A stretch of DNA of 5,494 bases, taken from positions 1 to 5,494 of the forward strand of contig DAOOON010000037.1 of assembly GCA_035387745.1 (NCBI GenBank), written 5' to 3'. The position numbers and the translations under genes were made by a program. Positions 1 through 4,970 of the stretch are shown here, one piece after another. Every line of letters begins with the position of its first letter. Position 1 is the first letter of the stretch. Source of the stretch: an archaeon. Its GTDB lineage: Archaea > Iainarchaeota > Iainarchaeia > Iainarchaeales > CSSED10-239. Under the pieces are notes generated by a model. The model was not told the origin of the DNA, did no database searches, and saw only the letters and a list, made by a program, of their open reading frames with translations.

Positions 1-413
1 GCAAAATGTATGTGGTTTTCATTATTTATTTTTCTTATATTGCCTTTAAAAACATAAAACGAATCATAGTAACTCCAGTTATTTCTAATAAGGAATTGTC
101 TTTCTGGTTCTATTAATATAATATTTTTTCCGGTTGCTTGTTGAAGTATTTTAGAACACTTAGAAAGAAGTTCAAAGTTTCTTGCTATAATTTTTGTTTT
201 TTTCTCAAGGGACTTAAGAGAAATGTCTTTTTTAAAGTCTGAAAGCAACTTGGATATAAGTTCTTTTTCTATTTCTACAACAAAATAAGGATAGAATGTG
301 GCTTTATGTATTAGTTCATAGTTATTATTAAGAGGGTCTCTACCAAAGTAGAGAACCACTCTAGCCCTGTCTTTTTCATAACTACTATTAAGTAAACACA
401 ATCTGTGCTCCAT
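1..413 (-). CDS. 5'-partial CDS (runs off the left edge), possibly the N-terminal domain of a family B DNA polymerase
   Basis: I translated the minus strand by hand from the ATG at 413..411. It stays open to position 1 (137 codons): MEHRLCLLNSSYEKDRARVVLYFGRDPLNNNYELIHKATFYPYFVVEIEKE...IILIEPERQFLIRNNWSYYDSFYVF. The pattern resembles archaeal PolB N-termini: (I/L)LDxDY...P(V/I)IRLF, then F.PY(F/I)Y, then ..YDIPF..R(Y/F)LID. It is missing from the supplied ORF track because it is truncated by the window edge. The open frame is solid. The product name is recognition by eye only. Confidence 0.5.
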   Translation of the reverse strand, partial: MEHRLCLLNSSYEKDRARVVLYFGRDPLNNNYELIHKATFYPYFVVEIEKELISKLLSDFKKDISLKSLEKKTKIIARNFELLSKCSKILQQATGKNIILIEPERQFLIRNNWSYYDSFYVFKGNIRKINNENHIHF

Positions 414-588
414 GGTTATTATTCAACTCCACAATTTCTAAAATATCTTGGCAGATAAAGATATAGTGTTTTAACAAAGAGGGGGCATTTTCGGGGGGGT
501 AGGTGTCCAGTGCAAGTTTTTTAAAGCTTTATTTTTAATTAAAACACCATTTAAAACTCTTTTGGTCTTAAGGGTTATAGTGATTTAT
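414..588. promoter_or_regulatory. Divergent promoter region between the PolB-like gene and the 2-TM protein gene
   Basis: This is the largest non-coding gap in the window (175 nt). A TATA-like A/T box at about 436-446 sits roughly 22-33 nt upstream of the minus-strand ATG at 413. Another TATA-like box ('atttaaaac', 549-557) sits roughly 32-40 nt upstream of the plus-strand ATG at 589. Both spacings fit short-leader or leaderless archaeal mRNAs. No transcript data are available. Confidence 0.4.
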
Positions 589-1146
589 ATGGCACTAGAA
601 GATTTAGTAAAAACAATGCCCAAATATACCGGCATAAAAGAAATCATAATGAATTTAAATAATTATGACGATATATTTTCAGATTTTGATAAAAAGCCAT
701 ATACGCACAGATCAATTTCTGATGATTTTTTTGCACAGCTAAAAAAAGATTGTCTTGAAGGAGATTATAAAAAATTAGATTTAAAGATTATTGTTCAAAA
801 GAAAAATCGAAATCCCAGGTTTGAAATTATAATTAGAAGAAGAATAGAAGAGCATTTTAAGAACCATTTTAAGAAATTAGAAAAAGAAAGGAAAAGATTA
901 GTAAAATTAGGAATTATTTTTCTTATATTTGGTGCAATTTTATTAATTTTTAAATACATTCTTGCAGAAGGTCTAAATAATTCGCAATTTAAAATTCTGT
1001 CAATTGTCTTAGAGCCATTTAGTTGGTTTCTATTTTGGGAAGGAGCATATATTTTATTTTTTGAAACTAAAGGCAATAGAATAGAATATGAAATATATAA
1101 AAAATTATCCAAAGCCAAGATTCAGTTTATAAGTAATGATTATTAA
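589..1146 (+). CDS. Hypothetical membrane protein with a soluble charged N-terminal half and two C-terminal TM helices
   Basis: The ORF track gives 562..1146 starting on TTG. I prefer the in-frame ATG at 589 (MALEDLVK...) because a TATA-like box lies just upstream. Two hydrophobic segments are present: LVKLGIIFLIFGAILLIFKYILA and FKILSIVLEPFSWFLFWEGAYILFF. It ends in TAA. The next gene starts 14 nt downstream with a strong SD, so an operon is likely. I do not recognise a family. Confidence 0.6.
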   Translation: MALEDLVKTMPKYTGIKEIIMNLNNYDDIFSDFDKKPYTHRSISDDFFAQLKKDCLEGDYKKLDLKIIVQKKNRNPRFEIIIRRRIEEHFKNHFKKLEKERKRLVKLGIIFLIFGAILLIFKYILAEGLNNSQFKILSIVLEPFSWFLFWEGAYILFFETKGNRIEYEIYKKLSKAKIQFISNDY

Positions 1147-1154
1147 AAGGAGGA
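1147..1154 (+). promoter_or_regulatory. Shine-Dalgarno site (aaggagga) for the 1161 CDS
   Basis: GGAGG at 1149-1153 lies 7 nt upstream of the ATG at 1161, immediately after the upstream stop codon (1144-1146). Confidence 0.7.
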
Positions 1155-1160
1155 AAAAAC

Positions 1161-1619
1161 ATGTTTGATATAAAAAAAGTATTTATTTTGTTTTCTTTAG
1201 TTTTAATTTTAGGAACTATTTCGGCAGAAGGCTATATGATTGATGAGTTATTTAATAACCCTGAATTTGCAAAAGAACAATATAATGCAAATCTAGATAA
1301 GATGCCAGGGGCTTTAAGAAAGTTTACTGGTAATGAGAAGATACAATTAAATGTAGATTATGGCACAGAAATAAAATCCATAACTCTAGTCATGAAAGAC
1401 GGAGCGATGGATTCTTATTCTACAGACGGCACAGTTGAGCCAACTTTAATTGTTGACACTTACCCACAAACAATAGATAATCTTATTAAAAGCAACACAC
1501 CAGTAAATGATTTTAAAACAGCAGTAAAAGAAAAGACCTTAAAATATCGTTCAGTTGGTTTTTTTAAGAAAATAAAGTTTGGCTTTGCAAGATTTGCGCT
1601 AAATTTCTTTAAACAATAA
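1161..1619 (+). CDS. Exported or membrane-anchored hypothetical protein (N-terminal signal peptide or anchor), possibly SCP2-like
   Basis: It has an ATG start with a strong SD. The N-terminus MFDIKKVFILFSLVLILGTISAEG has the n-region, h-region and small-residue layout of a signal peptide. The body reads ...KIQLNVDYGTEIKSITLVMKDGAM...EPTLIVDTYPQTIDNLIKSNTPVNDFKTAVKEKTLKYRSVG. This loosely resembles the SCP2 pattern of strands followed by 'aD.t...d..t...l..G...p..af..GklkikG'. The C-terminus is basic and aromatic (FFKKIKFGFARFALNFFKQ). The CDS call is good. The fold assignment is tentative. Confidence 0.7.
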   Translation: MFDIKKVFILFSLVLILGTISAEGYMIDELFNNPEFAKEQYNANLDKMPGALRKFTGNEKIQLNVDYGTEIKSITLVMKDGAMDSYSTDGTVEPTLIVDTYPQTIDNLIKSNTPVNDFKTAVKEKTLKYRSVGFFKKIKFGFARFALNFFKQ

Positions 1620-1628
1620 GAGAATATT

Positions 1629-1798
1629 TGGGGACACTGGGATTTGAACCCAGGTCAACAGGTATCTCCTTTTTTTCTAGATATACATCTAGCATACCTG
1701 TAATTGTCAGTCATCTGTTTTTTAGAAACATCCTGCAAAATCTTTTTTTTGAAAAAAATCTGGAGCCCGCTAGGCTAACCGGACTACCCCATGTCCCC
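1629..1798 (-). tRNA. tRNA-Trp (anticodon CCA) interrupted by a 96-nt intron; exons 1798..1760 and 1663..1629; no encoded CCA tail
   Basis: The reverse complement folds as a cloverleaf. The acceptor stem is GGGGACA/TGTCCCC (7 bp). The D arm is GGGT-AGTCCGGTTA-GCCT. The anticodon stem is GCGGG/CCTGT with loop CTCCAGA, and the anticodon CCA is the complement of 1761-1763. The variable loop is TGAC. The T arm is CTGGG-TTCAAAT-CCCAG, and the discriminator is A73. The mature length is 74 nt. G1-C72 plus A73 matches the archaeal/eukaryal Trp identity set. Confidence 0.93.
1664..1759 (-). other. tRNA-Trp intron (96 nt) with a canonical hBHBh' splice motif
   Basis: In RNA numbering from the 5' end of the gene, the central 4-bp helix pairs C34-U35-C36-C37 with G130-G131-A132-G133. 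It is flanked by two 3-nt bulges, A38-G39|A40 and A134-U135|A136. The outer helix is U41-U47 / A123-A129 (7 bp, plus a possible C48-G122 pair). The inner helix is the anticodon stem. The predicted cleavage sites give an exon 1 end at 1760 and an exon 2 start at 1663. Confidence 0.88.
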
Positions 1799-1903
1799 GT
1801 TTTGGGTATATAATTTATATTAAAAAATCTTTATATACATGTGCTTTTTAAAACAAAACAAAAGCAATATAAAATAATCACGAGATATTATTTATTGCTA
1901 AAC
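1799..1903. promoter_or_regulatory. Divergent promoter region for tRNA-Trp (minus) and the beta-CASP nuclease gene (plus)
   Basis: The A/T box at about 1816-1827 reads TTTTTTAATATA on the minus strand and lies at about -18 to -29 from tRNA position +1. The 'aatataaaataa' box at 1866-1877 lies about 27-38 nt upstream of the ATG at 1904. A further 'tttatata' box sits at 1830-1837. These are positional inferences only. Confidence 0.4.
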
Positions 1904-2899
1904 ATGAAATTAAAATATTCTGGTTTTCTATCAATTACTGATAATAACCAAAAAACAAATATTGACCAAAATAAATGTTCAGATATCTCTGACTATAACC
2001 TGATTACTCACGGGCATAGCGATCATATCTCTACAAGCCAACAGCAGACATTTACTACAAAAGAAACTGCTGCTTTAATCAATATGTGCACACAAAAAGA
2101 ACTAAATTATTCGTTTGTTAATGGACAAGCACTAGATTTAACTGACAACATTAAACTTTCTTCTCTTGATGCTGGTCACATCCTTGGCAGTAAGATGTTT
2201 TATCTAGAGACTAAAGACAAATCTATTCTTTACACTGGAGACTTTAAGACACAAGATTCTCTTTTGTTTGATGGTGCAAAGCCAAAAGAGGCAGATATAC
2301 TAATAATGGAAACAACCTTTGGTAAAAAGGAATTTGTGTTCCCAGAAAGAGAAAAAGTCTATGAGGATTTCGCAGAAAAGATTTCAAAGGACATCAATAA
2401 TGGAAAATTAGTTGTAATTGGAGCATATTCTCTTGGTAAATCTCAAGAGATAATAGCGTTTGTAAACAAATATCTAAAAGAAACACCAATAATTACAAAG
2501 AAAGGCTTTGATTTCTCTAAAGTCTATGACAGTTTTGAAATAAGTCTTGGAAATTACGAGCTCTTAAATCACAATACAGATTCTCACAATATTTTAATTG
2601 TTCCAATGAATCTAATAACTAAAGATTTAATAAGAAGTCTTGAGCATCAACAGAACAGAAAAGTATCAGTTTATTTTGCAACTGGTTGGAAGCATTATGG
2701 TTCAGGGAAATGCATACCTCTTTCTGACCATTGTGATTATAATGATCTTCTTGATTTTGTAAGAGCAGTAAATCCAAAGCAAGTTCTAACAATGCATGGT
2801 TTTGCAGAAGATTTCTCAAAAACCATAAACAAAGAATTAGGTATTTGGTCAAGACCAATAGAAGACCTTAACCAATTTTCAATTTCTGATTTTTTATAA
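1904..2899 (+). CDS. Beta-CASP family metallo-beta-lactamase-fold nuclease (small ~331-aa form, resembling ligase-associated exonuclease / COG1236-type proteins)
   Basis: The ORF track starts at a GTG at 1841. I prefer the in-frame ATG at 1904 (MKLKYSGF...). MBL motif 2 is ITHGHSDHI (HxHxDH), motif 3 is DAGHILGS and motif 4 is YTGDFK. Beta-CASP motif A is IMETTFG (compare CPSF-73 ESTYG), motif B is LSDHCDYNDL and motif C is LTMHGF. The His at motif C is the type found in CPSF/RNase J-like members. The N-terminal part before HxHxDH is short, as in the ~330-aa ligase-associated exonuclease class. It ends in TAA at 2897-2899. Confidence 0.85.
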   Translation: MKLKYSGFLSITDNNQKTNIDQNKCSDISDYNLITHGHSDHISTSQQQTFTTKETAALINMCTQKELNYSFVNGQALDLTDNIKLSSLDAGHILGSKMFYLETKDKSILYTGDFKTQDSLLFDGAKPKEADILIMETTFGKKEFVFPEREKVYEDFAEKISKDINNGKLVVIGAYSLGKSQEIIAFVNKYLKETPIITKKGFDFSKVYDSFEISLGNYELLNHNTDSHNILIVPMNLITKDLIRSLEHQQNRKVSVYFATGWKHYGSGKCIPLSDHCDYNDLLDFVRAVNPKQVLTMHGFAEDFSKTINKELGIWSRPIEDLNQFSISDFL

Positions 2900-2901
2900 T
2901 T

Positions 2902-3429
2902 TTAAAACAACCTAGCATTAAAATCTTCTAACTTTTGTGTTTCGTTTCTGTCATCAGTTCTGGATTTTAATATTAATGAAAGCTCTGAAAGGTTTTCTTT
3001 AAAGTCAACAAGATTCATATCTCCGTGTCTATATCTGTTTAGAAGGGTGTTATGTATCTCTGCTTGTCTTTTCTTTCCAAATGCAGTTTTAACAAGATTA
3101 TCCTGATTTAATAGTTCCATTAAGACTTCCATTTTTTGTCTTTCAATAACAAGTTCTTCAATCTTTTCTTTTAGGTTTTCCAGTTGCCTTTCTGTTGCTC
3201 CTCTTTTCTTGTAATCCATCATCATGTTCTTGTATTTTTCAATTTCTTCATTGACTTTAGTAAGATCAATAAGCTTATCAACATTCATTGTTGCTCGTCT
3301 AGAAATTACTGTTGCTAAATCAATCTTGTTTGTTTTTTCAAGAACAGGAATAGCATTGAAGTTTTTATTTTCTTCTTCTCTTGTTGTTGCCTTTTTACTA
3401 CTAAATATGTTTTTTAAATTAAATGCCAT
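2902..3429 (-). CDS. Hypothetical soluble coiled-coil protein (175 aa), probably co-transcribed with the upstream ATPase
   Basis: The ATG is at 3429..3427 and a GGTGA SD-like motif (complement of 3436-3440) lies 6 nt upstream. The protein is highly charged and K/E/L-rich, e.g. EEIEKYKNMMMDYKKRGATERQLENLKEKIEELVIERQKMEVLMELLNQ. It has no hydrophobic TM segment and no catalytic motif I can recognise. It sits 50 nt downstream of the ATPase stop on the same strand. Confidence 0.7.
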   Translation of the reverse strand: MAFNLKNIFSSKKATTREEENKNFNAIPVLEKTNKIDLATVISRRATMNVDKLIDLTKVNEEIEKYKNMMMDYKKRGATERQLENLKEKIEELVIERQKMEVLMELLNQDNLVKTAFGKKRQAEIHNTLLNRYRHGDMNLVDFKENLSELSLILKSRTDDRNETQKLEDFNARLF

Positions 3430-3435
3430 TTTTAT

Positions 3436-3440
3436 TCACC
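3436..3440 (-). promoter_or_regulatory. SD-like GGTGA upstream of the coiled-coil protein gene
   Basis: The minus strand reads ...TATATGGTGAATAAAAATG. GGTGA matches the mRNA-side archaeal SD core (AGGAGGTGA), with 6-nt spacing to the start codon. Confidence 0.5.
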
Positions 3441-3479
3441 ATATATACCTTATAGTTTGTTAATATTTAATAAATCTAT

Positions 3480-4865
3480 TTATTTTTTTAATATTTTTAA
3501 ATAATCTAATTCAGGACTATGTAATATTGTTTTTAGATCTTCTCTTGAGATATCTGGCTTTGTTTTACATATCTGCTCAAATAACCCGGCTCTATAGTCT
3601 ATAATCTTCTTAAATTCGGTTTTAGAAATGCTTACAAGATTACAAAGTTTTTCTGCAAAGTGAGAGGTCATAATGTCTACTGAACAATCTTTGCATTCAT
3701 CATCTTTATAGATATTATTAAGATTGATATTTCCAACCTTAGATATTTCAGTAATTTGAGAAAGCTTTCTTACTGTTTTACCAGAAACAAATTTTTTTTT
3801 TAAAATTACTATGAGATCAAGAAGGGGGAGAGCAGTTTCTGGTATTTCCATTGGTTTATTTAGTAATTTAATAATTGCGTCTTCACTATTATTAGCATGT
3901 ATTGTTGCCATACACCCTTCGTGGCCAGTATCCATTGCCACAAACAATCCTTGTACTTCTCTTGCTCTTACTTCTCCAATAATTACTCTGTCTGGCCTCA
4001 TTCTTAAGGTATTTATTGTTATTTCATATAAGCTTTCTTCATTAGAGATATCAGAGATAAGAGAAACAGAATCATTAAAATTGCTAATGTCTATTTCGGC
4101 AGTGTCTTCTATTAGTATTATTCTTTCATTATCAGATATAAAATCCATTAAAACATTTAGAAAAGTAGTTTTTCCAGAACCGGTTCCGCCACACACAAAA
4201 AGATTTGCAGGTTTAACCTTAAATCCTTCAATAACTGTCCAAAGGTATGCTGCATTATAAGCATCTAAAACCTCGCTTTTGATTAAATCTATTATGGTTA
4301 ATGGTTTTTTTGTAAATTTCCTAATAGTTATTGCATTAAATCCACAGACTGCTTTTGAAACAATATTTAATCTAGACCTATCTGGTAAAGACCCGTCTAT
4401 AAATTCTCTTTTTTTAAAGTCTCTTTTTACTGTGTTTTTAAAGACATCAACAAGTTTATCATATTCTTTTTCTTTAAAGGTTATTCCGGTTAGTGTTTTT
4501 TTTTGTTCTCTATCGATAATAAACACTTTATCATAATCATTAATTATTATTTCTTCAATATTTTTTTGTTCAAATAGTTTGGTTAGTTGTCTATAACCCA
4601 TAAAGTAATTTATTATATAATCAGACCCGTTTTTTTCTAGGAATTTATAAAGTTGTTTTTTTTCTTCTTCTATTATCTCGTTTTTATAAATTATTTTTTC
4701 AATATTATTTAGTTTTAAAAGGTCTTTAATTATTTGAGATTTATCTGTGGGGTGATTTTTAATAACCAGTTCAGAGATGTCTTTTATAGTTAAATTTTTT
4801 TTGTTTATGTTTTCTATAATTTTGTGAAAATCAGAATTATAATATTCATATTTATTTCTAGTCAT
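3480..4865 (-). CDS. Type II/IV secretion-family hexameric ATPase (TadA/CpaF/VirB11/FlaI-like; archaeal type IV pilus-type motor ATPase)
   Basis: Walker A is VCGGTGSGKTT (complement of 4164-4190). The Asp box is RIILIEDTAEI, the Walker B region is RMRPDRVIIGEVRAREV and the His box is DTGHEGCMATIHANN. The ORF track extends to a TTG at 4940. I prefer the ATG at 4865 (MTRNKYEYY...), which has GGGG 5 nt upstream and A/T boxes further upstream. That gives 461 aa, ending in TAA at 3482..3480. Confidence 0.9.
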   Translation of the reverse strand: MTRNKYEYYNSDFHKIIENINKKNLTIKDISELVIKNHPTDKSQIIKDLLKLNNIEKIIYKNEIIEEEKKQLYKFLEKNGSDYIINYFMGYRQLTKLFEQKNIEEIIINDYDKVFIIDREQKKTLTGITFKEKEYDKLVDVFKNTVKRDFKKREFIDGSLPDRSRLNIVSKAVCGFNAITIRKFTKKPLTIIDLIKSEVLDAYNAAYLWTVIEGFKVKPANLFVCGGTGSGKTTFLNVLMDFISDNERIILIEDTAEIDISNFNDSVSLISDISNEESLYEITINTLRMRPDRVIIGEVRAREVQGLFVAMDTGHEGCMATIHANNSEDAIIKLLNKPMEIPETALPLLDLIVILKKKFVSGKTVRKLSQITEISKVGNINLNNIYKDDECKDCSVDIMTSHFAEKLCNLVSISKTEFKKIIDYRAGLFEQICKTKPDISREDLKTILHSPELDYLKILKK

Positions 4866-4970
4866 AATGTCCCCATTTTGTGCTATTATTTTTAAGATGT
4901 ATTTATTTTTAAATGTTATTATTGTTCTATTATATATCAAACAAGTACACCTTTTAATAAAAGATAAATT
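4866..4970. promoter_or_regulatory. Divergent promoter region between the ATPase gene and htpX
   Basis: This 105-nt A/T-rich gap holds several TATA-like boxes. One is 'ttatatat' at about 4930-4937, roughly 35 nt upstream of the htpX ATG. Another is TTAAAAATAA on the minus strand, roughly 20-30 nt upstream of the ATPase ATG. These are positional inferences only. Confidence 0.35.

Noticed and set aside
481-503. Canonical three-tetrad G-quadruplex
   Set aside because: There are only two long G-runs plus one GG. At best a two-tetrad or split-run structure is possible, so I fold this into the low-confidence G-island finding rather than calling it a feature.
562-588. N-terminal extensions implied by the track's non-ATG starts (TTG at 562, GTG at 1841, TTG at 4940)
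   Set aside because: Each has an in-frame ATG shortly downstream (589, 1904, 4865) that is better positioned relative to TATA-like boxes or an SD-like motif. The extended residues look like translated promoter A/T sequence. I cannot fully exclude the longer forms without N-terminal or TSS data.
795-1118. 107-aa minus-strand ORF inside the 589..1146 CDS
   Set aside because: It is fully nested antisense to a better-supported gene and has low-complexity L/I/N/F/S-rich composition. It has no start context or SD, so I treat it as a shadow ORF.
1707-1716. Calling a bona fide box C/D sRNA gene inside the tRNA-Trp intron
   Set aside because: AGAUGA and CUGA are directly adjacent, with no ~12-nt guide between them. 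No terminal C/D pair with correct spacing could be assembled by hand. I report it as a question, not as an annotated ncRNA feature.
1628-1813. 61-aa plus-strand ORF from the supplied track (MGTLGFEPRSTG...)
   Set aside because: It lies entirely antisense to the well-supported tRNA-Trp gene and its intron. Its 'GFEPRS' start is just the reverse complement of the T-arm. It is an artefact of six-frame translation.
2619-2858. 79-aa minus-strand ORF inside the beta-CASP nuclease gene
   Set aside because: It is nested antisense to a CDS whose conserved catalytic motifs B and C lie in this region. It has no independent signals.
3224-3463. 79-aa plus-strand ORF overlapping the coiled-coil gene and its upstream gap
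   Set aside because: It is antisense to the coiled-coil CDS and is hydrophobic low-complexity sequence typical of the complement of K/E-rich coding sequence. It has no SD or promoter context.
3792-3801. T10 (A10 on the coding strand) homopolymer inside the ATPase gene as a possible slippage or phase-variation site; similar 7-9 nt runs occur near 4305-4311, 4496-4504, 4656-4663 and 4795-4802
   Set aside because: The runs encode lysine-rich stretches (KKK) in an extremely AT-rich genome, where such tracts are expected from composition alone. The reading frame is intact through all of them.
3811-4536. Two plus-strand ORFs (3811..4260, 149 aa; 4279..4536, 85 aa) inside the ATPase gene
   Set aside because: Both are antisense to the region encoding the Walker A, Walker B and His-box motifs of a clearly real ATPase. 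They have S/I/L-rich low-complexity translations. A 149-aa antisense ORF is somewhat long for AT-rich DNA, but nothing else supports it.
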